From: an uncultured Clostridia bacterium
GTDB lineage: Bacteria; Bacillota; Clostridia; Christensenellales; UBA1242
DNA: 59,961 nt
Direction of reading: 5' to 3'
Assembly (NCBI GenBank): GCA_944381205.1
Contig: CALWKG010000005.1
Coordinates: forward strand, 1 to 59,961
The notes beneath the pieces were generated by a model. It was not told the DNA's origin. It did not search any database and saw only the letters and a list, made by a program, of their open reading frames with translations. Numbering within the stretch: position 1 is the stretch's first letter; each line of letters starts with the position of its first letter. Positions 40,104 to 49,227 of the stretch are shown piece after piece. A program made the position numbers and the translations under genes.

Positions 40104-40445
40104 TTATCTTTGCTCTTTAATATTTGTCGCCTTACCAGAAAGTTTTCTAAGATAGAACAATTTTGCCCTTCTTACCTTACCCTTTTTAAGAACATCAATT
40201 CTATCAATTCTTGGGCTGTGTAGTGGGAATGTCCTTTCTACCCCAACACCAAAGGAAATACGTCTTACAGTAAAGTTTTCTCTTATACCACCGTTTTTAC
40301 GTGCAATAACAGTACCCTCATAACCTTGGACTCTCTCCTTATTACCTTCTTTAATCTTATAATAAACTTTGACAGTGTCGCCAATGCCAAATTCAGGTAC
40401 AGAATCTTTTACGTTTTCTTTTTCTATTACATCTATAAGGTTCAT
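40104..40445 (-). CDS. rplS: 50S ribosomal protein L19
   Basis: [33 protein letters not shown]. Confidence 0.99.
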   Translation of the reverse strand: MNLIDVIEKENVKDSVPEFGIGDTVKVYYKIKEGNKERVQGYEGTVIARKNGGIRENFTVRRISFGVGVERTFPLHSPRIDRIDVLKKGKVRRAKLFYLRKLSGKATNIKEQR

Positions 40446-40837
40446 TTTTTTGCCTCCGTATCAAATTGCAAAGTATCATAGCATAAAAAAAATAAAATTG
40501 CAAGTATTTTTTTATTTTTTACCAAAAAAAATTAGTATTCTTTGCTTTATTTTATGCAAAAAGTTAGTGTTTTACAAAAAACAAAATATTACTCTTTATA
40601 ACTAACCATTAAATTTATCACATAATACCACTAATTTTTAATAAAAATAAACTATTTTTATGTGGAAATGTTAGAATTTTACAACTATAACAAATTTAAT
40701 TAAATGTTTTATGGTTAATTAGATATAAAGATGCAAAAGAAATTTTTAGCCTAAATATCGCGCCACTACAAAGATTGGATTAAATAATTATACTGATAAT
40801 TAATTAAGTTACCTTAACAAAAATCATAAATTCTAAA

Positions 40838-41194
40838 TTAAAATATATTTTCCAAATAGTCAATTTTATAACTATCATATTGGGATATAATAGATATACA
40901 ATCAAATCTCACATTCACCTTATCTAATAACCCTTTATATTTTAAATAAGATATTGCTGCGTTCCTTATTTTATGTTGTTTTTTTGCATTTATGGCTTCT
41001 AATGGCAAACCATAATCTAAACTTTGTCTAGTTTTGACTTCTACAAAAATTATCAGGTCATCTTTTTGCGCAACGACATCAATTTCTCCTATTCTATTTT
41101 TCATATTGCGTTGCAAAATATGATATCCCTTCTTTATTAGATAATGACAAGCAATATCTTCCCCTATGATGCCTAATTCTTTACTTTTATTCAT
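40838..41194 (-). CDS. yraN: YraN family putative endonuclease
   Basis: LGIIGE..A..YL, GEIDVVA, FVEVKTR, RFD. Start MNKSK after GAGG. Confidence 0.9.
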   Translation of the reverse strand: MNKSKELGIIGEDIACHYLIKKGYHILQRNMKNRIGEIDVVAQKDDLIIFVEVKTRQSLDYGLPLEAINAKKQHKIRNAAISYLKYKGLLDKVNVRFDCISIISQYDSYKIDYLENIF

Positions 41195-41313
41195 ATTTTT
41201 CCTCTTAACAAAAATTTGGGTTATAACTATAAAAATTATAGATAAAACTCTATATAAAAAAAGCGCTTTGTTATAGATTATAAAAACAACAAATTTATGT
41301 GTTTTTTTTATAC

Positions 41314-41441
41314 AAAATCGCATTTTATATAAAATTCTTTATAAAAAATGTCAGTTTTTTGCAAATACTAGTTATTAATTGTGACATATTTTAATATTTT
41401 CTGTACATAAAATCGCATTTTATATAAAATTCTTTATAAAA
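41314..41441. repeat. 33-bp perfect direct repeat (41314-41346 and 41409-41441)
   Basis: AAAATCGCATTTTATATAAAATTCTTTATAAAA occurs twice. The second copy covers the rnhB 3' end. Confidence 0.85.
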
Positions 41442-42007
41442 CTTTCTCTATGTATAGGGCATTTACCATATTTTTTTAGCAACTCAATATGCAATTTTGT
41501 ACCATAACCTTTATGCTTATCAAACTGGTATTGCGGATAAACTTTGGATAATTCCACCATTTTTCTATCACGATAGACCTTTGCCAAAATAGAAGCACAA
41601 GCAATAGAATAACTTAACGCATCTCCGTGAATAATTGGCTGTTGTTTGACATCGCTATCTATCCTGACGGCATCAATAAGAACAATGTCTGGTTCAACTA
41701 ATAACCCCTCTACTGCCTGTTTCATACCTAGTTTTGTAGCCTGCAAAATGTTTATTTTATCAATTACTTTCTCGTCTATTTCTACAATTTTATAACAAAT
41801 CGCATTTTTTACAATCTCATCATAAAGTTTTTCTCTCTTTTTAGGAGTTAACTTTTTGCTATCATTTACTCCGTCAACAATTTTGTCTTTATCTAAATCC
41901 ATTACTACGCACGCGCATACAACAGGCCCCGCCAATGGTCCCCTGCCTGCTTCGTCCATTCCGGCTATATACTTATAATCTCTATATTTGTTTTCGTATT
42001 CAAACAT
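41420..42007 (-). CDS. rnhB: Ribonuclease HII
   Basis: GMDEAGRGPLAGPV, NDSKKL, IDA, ASILAKV.RD, HKGYGT. Confidence 0.97.
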   Translation of the reverse strand: MFEYENKYRDYKYIAGMDEAGRGPLAGPVVCACVVMDLDKDKIVDGVNDSKKLTPKKREKLYDEIVKNAICYKIVEIDEKVIDKINILQATKLGMKQAVEGLLVEPDIVLIDAVRIDSDVKQQPIIHGDALSYSIACASILAKVYRDRKMVELSKVYPQYQFDKHKGYGTKLHIELLKKYGKCPIHRESFIKNFI

Positions 42008-42009
42008 AT

Positions 42010-42870
42010 TCAGTCTAGGAAAATTTTTCCCGTTCTCCCTTTTCTAAAATCGTCCAAAATTATTTTAGAACACCTATCATAATCTGGCTCATTTCCCTTT
42101 AAAACACATTTTCTAGAAAGACAAACTTGGTCAAAAATTTCGAGAATTTCGCTATCTTCTTTAATATTTATATTATACCTACTCTCAATTAAATTTTTAT
42201 ATTTTGGCAAAATGTCTTTCAAAAAATTAAATGCAAGGTCGTTTAAATCTAAGACTTCGTCTTTAATACTCCCAATGTATGCCAAATTTTTTGCAACTTT
42301 ATCGTCATCAAAAGACGGCCAAAGAGTCCCCGGGGTGTCTAACAAATTAAGTCCACCTTCGGTCATAACCCATTGTTTTCCCCTAGTAACCCCGGGCTTA
42401 TTACCAGTAATGGTTTTGGAGGCCTTACAAAGGTTATTTATAATTGTGCTTTTCCCAACATTAGGAACTCCTACAACCATTGCTTTTAATTGATAATTTA
42501 GCCCCCTATCTAATTTGTTTTGTAATTTTTGAGAAAGTAAGTTTTTTGATAAACTAAAAATTTGTTTGCAAGAATTTGACTTTGTAGCGTTAACAAAAAC
42601 AACTTTTGAATTAGTACTATCAAGTTTGTTTTTTACAAATTTTAAATCGTTTTCTTCTACAAAGTCCACTTTTGTTACAACATAAATAATTTTTTTATTC
42701 TGACACAACTTTGTGAGTTTAGGGTTGATGCACGAAAAAGGAGCCCTGGCATCTAAACAATAAAGCACAATGTCAATGTTTTTTAACTCCTTTTCCATTT
42801 GCCTTAAAGCCTTTGTCATATGTCCCGGGAACCAATTAATAGAACTAGATTTTTTTATGTTATTATCCAT
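42010..42870 (-). CDS. rbgA: Ribosome biogenesis GTPase RbgA (YlqF)
   Basis: INWFPGHM, DARAP, GVPNVGKST, PGVT, DTPG. Confidence 0.96.
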   Translation of the reverse strand: MDNNIKKSSSINWFPGHMTKALRQMEKELKNIDIVLYCLDARAPFSCINPKLTKLCQNKKIIYVVTKVDFVEENDLKFVKNKLDSTNSKVVFVNATKSNSCKQIFSLSKNLLSQKLQNKLDRGLNYQLKAMVVGVPNVGKSTIINNLCKASKTITGNKPGVTRGKQWVMTEGGLNLLDTPGTLWPSFDDDKVAKNLAYIGSIKDEVLDLNDLAFNFLKDILPKYKNLIESRYNINIKEDSEILEIFDQVCLSRKCVLKGNEPDYDRCSKIILDDFRKGRTGKIFLD

Positions 42871-42965
42871 ACTATCACCCCGCAAAAGTGATTAAAATTT
42901 TTAATAAAAATATTTTATGATAAAAAACAATCTTATTAATAATATCAAATTTTAATATAATTTTT

Positions 42966-43667
42966 TTAATTTTTCTTGCCAGACAAATCTTTAATATATT
43001 TTTTATATAAGTCTTTTCTTCTTTTTTTTGTAATCTCTATTGCCTTATTTTCTCTCCACTTTGCTATTTCTTTATGATTGCCACTAAGTAAAACTTCTGG
43101 CACTCCTCTATTCATAAAAATCTCGGGTCTAGTATACTGTGGGTATTCTAATAAAAAAGTAGAGAAACTTTCGTCTTCGGTTGCGTTTTCGTTTCCAAGC
43201 ACATTTGGAACATATCTTGCAATAGCATCTACAAGAACCATTGCCGGATATTCTCCACCAGTTAAAACATAATCACCTATTGAGATCTCTTCGTCAACGC
43301 ACAAGTCAATAATGCGTTCATCTATGCCTTCATAATGCCCGCAAACTAGTACGATATCTTGGTAATTTTGTGCCAAAGATATGACTTTGTTTTGGTTTAA
43401 AGTTGTTCCCTTAGGCGACAAATATATTACGTGACTATTGTCTGTGCAAACGCTATTTATCGCGTCAAAAATAGGCTGTGGTGTCATAATCATACCCGCA
43501 CCGCCGCCATAGGAGTAATCGTCACACCTTTTGTTTTTATCTTTGGAAAAATCTCTAATGTTTACAACTCTAATTTCAATTAATCCCCTTTCCTGAGCCT
43601 TACCTAAAATGCTATGGGTCAAAGTAGAAAACATCTCTGGAAAAAGGGTTAGAATTGTTATTTTCAT
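42966..43667 (-). CDS. trmD: tRNA (guanine-N1)-methyltransferase
   Basis: YGGGAGM, CGHYEGIDER, SIGDYVLTGGE, EYPQYTRP. Confidence 0.98.
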   Translation of the reverse strand: MKITILTLFPEMFSTLTHSILGKAQERGLIEIRVVNIRDFSKDKNKRCDDYSYGGGAGMIMTPQPIFDAINSVCTDNSHVIYLSPKGTTLNQNKVISLAQNYQDIVLVCGHYEGIDERIIDLCVDEEISIGDYVLTGGEYPAMVLVDAIARYVPNVLGNENATEDESFSTFLLEYPQYTRPEIFMNRGVPEVLLSGNHKEIAKWRENKAIEITKKRRKDLYKKYIKDLSGKKN

Positions 43668-44155
43668 ATAATGACCTCTTGTAATTTTTTTATATCAACA
43701 ACGATTTTTTTGCTACGTATGTCTACGTCTAAAAAAATATGCTTTAAGTATGGAAACGAGTAATCAGCCCCGTGTCTTTTTATGTTAATTATGTCTGCAC
43801 TGCCATACTTTTCAACACCTACAATTTCTCCTACAAAAGAGCCTTGTTTATCATACAATTTACAATTTTCTAAGTCGCTAATTAAATAACTATCGCCGTC
43901 ATTTGACCTGACATCTTCTTCTTTTGCAAAGATAAATTTTTGTCTAATCATTTCGGCTTGGTCTATGGAATTAATTTGGTCAAGTTTTAAGTACAAAAAA
44001 GATTTGTAGTACCTACGTGCTACAATCTTATACTCTATATTATCAATATAAACATTTTCCACCCGTTGCCAAAAGGCAGAATCGCGAGATAACATCTCAA
44101 TTTTAATCTCACCTTTTAGCCCCTGAGGTTTTAAAACTTTTGCTACTTTTAACAT
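43664..44155 (-). CDS. rimM: 16S rRNA processing protein RimM
   Basis: KPQGLKGE, DL..C PRC-barrel; rpsP-khpA-rimM-trmD order. Confidence 0.93.
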   Translation of the reverse strand: MLKVAKVLKPQGLKGEIKIEMLSRDSAFWQRVENVYIDNIEYKIVARRYYKSFLYLKLDQINSIDQAEMIRQKFIFAKEEDVRSNDGDSYLISDLENCKLYDKQGSFVGEIVGVEKYGSADIINIKRHGADYSFPYLKHIFLDVDIRSKKIVVDIKKLQEVII

Positions 44156-44160
44156 ATTTT

Positions 44161-44391
44161 TTACTTTTTTATTTTAAAAATCATCTTTTTACTACTATTA
44201 CGCCCAGCAGAATGTAAAATTGCCCTTATAGCCTGTGCAACTTTACCATTTTTACCAATAATTTTGCCGACATCGTTAGATGCTACCTCTACATTAAAGA
44301 CAATAGTATTTTTTTCTTCTTGTTTATCTATTACAACCTTATCCTTTTCGTCCACAAGGCTTTCTACAATAAATCTAACTAATTCGTCCAT
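44161..44391 (-). CDS. khpA: KH-domain RNA-binding protein KhpA (YlqC)
   Basis: DVGKIIGKNG..A.AIR. Confidence 0.93.
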   Translation of the reverse strand: MDELVRFIVESLVDEKDKVVIDKQEEKNTIVFNVEVASNDVGKIIGKNGKVAQAIRAILHSAGRNSSKKMIFKIKK

Positions 44392-44416
44392 AAAAATCTC
44401 CCTTTATATTAGTTTA

Positions 44417-44722
44417 TTAAGCCTTTTTTGCGTCTTTCTTTTTAGGAACAATTCTCTTACTAGCATAAGGTTTTGGATTTTCTACAATGCCTGCTTTTAC
44501 AAGAAGTGTCCTTGCTGTTTCGGTAGGTTGTGCTCCGTTTTTAAGCCAGGTTAAAGTCTTGTCTTTGTCTATTTTTAAGTTGTCTTTTTCAACAAGTGGG
44601 TTAAAATATCCAAGACTATCAATAACTTTACCATCTCTGCTTGTTCTTGCATCTGCAACAACTACTCTATAAAAAGGACTCTTTTTATCCCCCATTCTTG
44701 TAAGTCTAATTTTAACTGCCAT
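44417..44722 (-). CDS. rpsP: 30S ribosomal protein S16
   Basis: [32 protein letters not shown]. Confidence 0.98.
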   Translation of the reverse strand: MAVKIRLTRMGDKKSPFYRVVVADARTSRDGKVIDSLGYFNPLVEKDNLKIDKDKTLTWLKNGAQPTETARTLLVKAGIVENPKPYASKRIVPKKKDAKKA

Positions 44723-44788
44723 TTTTTCTCTCCTTTGTTTAAAATTATATATCCACAAATTTTTTATTAAAAACTTGCAAAAAACATT

Positions 44789-46102
44789 TTAGAATTTAAA
44801 TTTTCTCATATTTCCGTTCTTGACTTGCTTCATCATAACTTTGCTTTGTTCAAATTGCCTAATCAATCTATTAACATCTTGTATTTGAGTACCACTACCA
44901 AGTGCTATGCGCTTTTTTTGGCTCGCCTTTATCAAATCTGGATTCCGCCTTTCTTTTGCAGTCATACTTTGGATTATAGCCTTGTTTTTTAGTAACTCTC
45001 TTTCGTCAACAGTCATACCTTTTAACTTTCCGCTCATACCCGGTATCATACTAATAATATCATTAATATTACCCATTTTATTAAGTTTTTCCATCTGAGA
45101 TAGATAATCTTCAAAGGTAAAACTATTTTCTCTAAACTTTTTTTCTAATTTTTTTGCTTCTTCTTCACTGACCGCGTTTTGTGCTTTTTCAATAAGAGTT
45201 AAAACATCTCCCATTCCAAGAATACGTGAAGCCATTCTATCTGGGTAAAAAGGTTCTATATCACCCAATTTTTCACCCACTCCGCAAAACTTTATTGGTT
45301 TTTTAACCACTTCGCTAATGCTTAATGCCGAGCCACCCCTTGTGTCGCCATCTAATTTTGTTAAAATTATCCCAGTTAAATCTAATTTTTCGTCAAAAGT
45401 TTTTGCCACATTTACAGATTCTTGCCCATTCATAGCATCTACCACCAACAAAATCTCAGTTGGCGAGATATTCTTTTTAATATTAGATAATTCCTGCATT
45501 AAGTTGTCATCAATAGACAATCTACCCGCCGTATCAATAATTACCGTATCATACATTTTGTGCTTGGCTTCTTCTATTGCCTGTTTGCATGTTTTTACAA
45601 CGTCCTGTTTACCCTTTTCAAAAACTTCTACGTTTGCATTTTTTCCAACAACTTTTAATTGTTCTATCGCCGCAGGTCTATAAATGTCGCAAGCAACAAG
45701 CATTGGTCTTTTGCCTTGACTTTTTAACATCATTGCCAACTTACCACACATAGTAGTTTTACCACTACCCTGCAAGCCACACAACATAATTATCGTAGGT
45801 AATGTGCTTGCAACCTGTAACTTACTATTTGTTCCACCCATTAATGCAACTAACTCGTCATTGACAATTTTTATTACCTGTTGCCCAGGAGTCAAACTAT
45901 TTAAAACCTCTTGTCCTACTGCCTTTTCACTAACTCTTTTTATAAAATCTTTTGCTACCACATAGTTTACATCTGCTTCAAGCAATGCAACCCTTATTTC
46001 TCTCATAGCATCTTTTATTTCGAGTTCAGTCAACTTTCCACGTTTTAAAATATGAGAAAAAATATGATTTAACCTAAGTGATAAGTTGGAAAACATTCCC
46101 AT
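44789..46102 (-). CDS. ffh: Signal recognition particle protein
   Basis: GLQGSGKTT, DTAGR, TKLDG, M domain (SMTAKER, RIALGSG). Confidence 0.98.
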   Translation of the reverse strand: MGMFSNLSLRLNHIFSHILKRGKLTELEIKDAMREIRVALLEADVNYVVAKDFIKRVSEKAVGQEVLNSLTPGQQVIKIVNDELVALMGGTNSKLQVASTLPTIIMLCGLQGSGKTTMCGKLAMMLKSQGKRPMLVACDIYRPAAIEQLKVVGKNANVEVFEKGKQDVVKTCKQAIEEAKHKMYDTVIIDTAGRLSIDDNLMQELSNIKKNISPTEILLVVDAMNGQESVNVAKTFDEKLDLTGIILTKLDGDTRGGSALSISEVVKKPIKFCGVGEKLGDIEPFYPDRMASRILGMGDVLTLIEKAQNAVSEEEAKKLEKKFRENSFTFEDYLSQMEKLNKMGNINDIISMIPGMSGKLKGMTVDERELLKNKAIIQSMTAKERRNPDLIKASQKKRIALGSGTQIQDVNRLIRQFEQSKVMMKQVKNGNMRKFKF

Positions 46103-46435
46103 TTATACAACCTCCAAAACAGAGTTAAGCATTTTTATAATACTATCTTTATCTGCATTATTGTGTAAAAGTTCTAGGACTTTTTCTATTGCTGATTTAA
46201 TTTCTTGATATTTTTTTAGTAAACCTAACTTTGACTCATATTTTTCCAAAGTTTTTATAGTTCGCTTAATAAGGTCATTAATTGCTTGTCTAGAAATTAA
46301 ATCGTTACCGGCAATTTCACTAATAGATAAATTATTTATAATAAAATCGTTTAAAACTTCCCTTTGTTTATCTGTTAGTAATGGCGAATAAAAATCCATA
46401 AGTAAACTAAGCCTTAAATTTTCTTCTAACTCCAT
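46103..46435 (-). CDS. ylxM: YlxM family SRP-associated DNA-binding-fold protein
   Basis: DFYSPLLTDKQ, LSISEIA, SRQAI.D, YESKLGL. Directly upstream of ffh. Confidence 0.93.
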   Translation of the reverse strand: MELEENLRLSLLMDFYSPLLTDKQREVLNDFIINNLSISEIAGNDLISRQAINDLIKRTIKTLEKYESKLGLLKKYQEIKSAIEKVLELLHNNADKDSIIKMLNSVLEVV

Positions 46436-46471
46436 ACATCACCTTGTAAAGTATTTTTACTTTACAAAACG

Positions 46472-46500
46472 ATTATATATGCAAAATTTTTCCTTGTCAA
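46472..46500 (-). promoter_or_regulatory. Consensus sigma-A promoter of ylxM-ffh
   Basis: TTGACA-17-TATAAT. Confidence 0.8.
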
Positions 46501-46602
46501 GAGTTTTTTATGCAAAACCTTTATATTTAAAAACAAATATTGACTTTATTCTAATATTTCATTTTTGCAAATTTTATCAATTTTTTATAAACTTTAAACG
46601 AT

Positions 46603-46639
46603 AAAAAAAATTTCGCTACATAAAAAGCGAAATTTTTTT
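46603..46639 (-). terminator. Terminator after the 175-aa membrane protein gene
   Basis: AAAATTTCGCT...AGCGAAATTTT inverted repeat with T-tracts. Confidence 0.75.
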
Positions 46640-46684
46640 GCTTATTAGTTTAAAAATTTTTTAACATATAGTACTTTTAATCTT

Positions 46685-47212
46685 TTACTTTACAAGTGCA
46701 TTTGCCTTTTCGCAGTAATCGGCAAGTTTGTCAAATTCTGCCTCAATTAGCGGGTCTATTTCCTTTAACTTTTTTTCTTTAATTTTATTGTGTGCAAGCC
46801 AGCCAAGTAGCCCTATCCCAATTCCAGCAATGCCAAGCGCAATACCTCCAATAAGATAACCCACTCCGGTTAAAGTTAACGAAATGCTCATCCCGCCCCC
46901 AAAAGTAAGAGCACCAAGGACACCAACGGTAATTCCCTCTGGGACTCCTGCGTTTTTCTTTTTTGCTTGTAATTTTTCAATATTAAGCAAAGTATTATCT
47001 ATACTGTTTTGTACCTTAATAAGTTCAATTTTATTTTTTATCTTTCTATCCCTTTTAAAAGATACGTTTACACTATTTAGTGTTCCTTCTGCCATTGACA
47101 CGTTTGTTACTTCATAGCCTAAATTTTGATAAGCGTCGGTGAGCATAGTCTCAAACTCTCTTTTTACCCTAACTGTTTTGTAATCATAACTAATTACATT
47201 TTGATTCTCCAT
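46685..47212 (-). CDS. Hypothetical membrane protein with a Gly-rich two-helix hairpin
   Basis: Soluble N-terminus, then GITVGVLGALTFGGG and IGGIALGIAGIGIGLLG. Confidence 0.8.
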   Translation of the reverse strand: MENQNVISYDYKTVRVKREFETMLTDAYQNLGYEVTNVSMAEGTLNSVNVSFKRDRKIKNKIELIKVQNSIDNTLLNIEKLQAKKKNAGVPEGITVGVLGALTFGGGMSISLTLTGVGYLIGGIALGIAGIGIGLLGWLAHNKIKEKKLKEIDPLIEAEFDKLADYCEKANALVK

Positions 47213-47333
47213 TTTTTATTCCTCTTTTTTTATAAATTTTTAATACAATGCTATAATAAAAAAATTCTTATAAGGCATTATTTAAACATTTGTATTAATG
47301 TTTGAATTATACTATAATGAAGAAGAAAAAAAT

Positions 47334-47401
47334 CCGACACAAATTTAAAAAATGTTGGGTTAATAAAAAAAATTTTCAACACAAAATAAAATTATGTTGA
47401 A
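47334..47401. promoter_or_regulatory. Two candidate TetR operators
   Basis: CCGACA-N13-TGTTGG (47334-47358) and TTCAACA-N13-TGTTGAA (47375-47401) in the divergent spacer. Confidence 0.6.
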
Positions 47402-47416
47402 ATAAAAAGGTTTTTT

Positions 47417-47971
47417 ATGAATACTTTTGATAACATTAAATCAGAAGGTACCAAAGAAAAGATACAAAAATCACTTATGTACCTTTTAAAAAGAAAAAAC
47501 TTTAATGAAATTTATGTAAAAGACATCTGTAAGGTTGCTTGCATAAACAGGTCTTCTTTTTATTCTCACTATGAAGATATTAATGACCTTATGATACAAA
47601 CGGAAAAGGGTCTTTCTAAAAGTATAGAAAAAATTTTTTCAAATATGCCTTTTTTTGATGAAAACTGTTTTGTAAAAATGTTCACCTTTATTAAAGAAAA
47701 TGCCGATTTTTATAAAGCTTATCTTACCAATCACAACGGCTCTTTTATGGCAGAAACTGATTTTAATAATTTTAAACAAAAATTACAAAAAAATAACTCC
47801 GCAAAATTAATGTGCTCCGAAAAAGAATTACCCTATCATCTTGCATTTTTTAGTGCTGGGCTAAGTGCAATATGCAAAGTCTGGTTTAGTAACGGAATGA
47901 AGGAAACCCCAGAAGAACTTGCTAAAATAATACAAAATGAGTATAAAAACAAAACAATTTTTTTTAAATAA
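47417..47971 (+). CDS. TetR/AcrR family transcriptional regulator
   Basis: HTH IYVKDICKVACINRSSFYSHY and C-terminal W..NG.KETPEE. Confidence 0.93.
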   Translation: MNTFDNIKSEGTKEKIQKSLMYLLKRKNFNEIYVKDICKVACINRSSFYSHYEDINDLMIQTEKGLSKSIEKIFSNMPFFDENCFVKMFTFIKENADFYKAYLTNHNGSFMAETDFNNFKQKLQKNNSAKLMCSEKELPYHLAFFSAGLSAICKVWFSNGMKETPEELAKIIQNEYKNKTIFFK

Positions 47972-48167
47972 TTAGTAGCAAACAATAACATCACCACCCG
48001 TTTTTTATGTAGACTCTTAACAATCAAAAAGCATTATCCCACCTAAAATTAACAAAAAATGCTTAAACAATAATTTTTTTCGTAAACAAAATTACGCAAT
48101 AAAATTTTGACTTAAAATTATTAATTAAATAACCTAAAACCCCTAACTAAAAAACAATTTATAACTT

Positions 48168-49067
48168 TTACTCAATAATTCCGTCAACGAACTTCTCTGG
48201 GTCAAAAACTTCTAAGTCATCTAACCCTTCGCCAACCCCTATAAAATATACCGGGGTATTTAGTTCTTTTATTATAGGGAAAACTATTCCACCCTTACTT
48301 GTTCCATCTAGTTTAGTAAGAATTATCCCGTCTATACCTATTGCTTCTTTAAAAGCGTTAATTTGAACAAGCGAATTTTGCCCAATAGTAGCATCTAAAA
48401 CTATTAAATTTAGTTTTACTGCTTCTTGCCACTCTCTATTTTCTATTCTATTAATCTTTTTTAATTCTTCCATTAAATTTATCTTAGTGTGTAGTCTACC
48501 CGCAGTATCCACAATTAAAACATCGGTGCCCTTTGCTTTGGCACTTTGTATCCCATCATAAACAACAGCCCCCGGGTCAGCCCCTTCTTGATGTTTTACA
48601 ATTTTTACATCGGCTCTACGGCTCCACTCCACTAACTGCTCACTTGCCGCAGCCCTAAAAGTGTCCCCCGCCACCAAAGTAACCGATTTTTTTTGCTTTG
48701 CCTTAAAAAAATGTGCAAGTTTACCTATTGTAGTGGTCTTTCCAACACCATTAACCCCAACAATAGTTATAATCAGAGGGTATTCAAATTTTACCCCTTC
48801 TATACTTAAAACCTGAACTAAAATATCCTTTAACTCTTTACGAGCCTGTTCTTGTTTTACAATGTGTTTTTCTCTTAGTGCATCTTTTAATCTTTTTATT
48901 ATCTCATCTGACGCATCTACCCCCATATCGCTACTTACAAGGGCAAATTCTAACTCCTCGTAAAACTCGTCATCAATATCTCCCCCACGAAAAACAGCAT
49001 TGAGTTTTGTAATGAGCGCATCTTTTGTCTTTTTAAGTCCATTTTTTATTTTTGAAAATAGTCCCAT
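48168..49067 (-). CDS. ftsY: SRP receptor FtsY
   Basis: [33 protein letters not shown]. Confidence 0.98.
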   Translation of the reverse strand: MGLFSKIKNGLKKTKDALITKLNAVFRGGDIDDEFYEELEFALVSSDMGVDASDEIIKRLKDALREKHIVKQEQARKELKDILVQVLSIEGVKFEYPLIITIVGVNGVGKTTTIGKLAHFFKAKQKKSVTLVAGDTFRAAASEQLVEWSRRADVKIVKHQEGADPGAVVYDGIQSAKAKGTDVLIVDTAGRLHTKINLMEELKKINRIENREWQEAVKLNLIVLDATIGQNSLVQINAFKEAIGIDGIILTKLDGTSKGGIVFPIIKELNTPVYFIGVGEGLDDLEVFDPEKFVDGIIE

Positions 49068-49227
49068 AATAGTTTTCCTTTATAGATTATTTACTTTATC
49101 TTATTTAAAAAAACTAATAAAATTTCTAATTTTAAAGGCAAAAAAATTGAAAAATTATCATTTTTTTTGTGTTAAAACTTGTTTTTTTATAAAATCTTAT
49201 GATTTTTGTGCAAAATTTCTTTAATTT

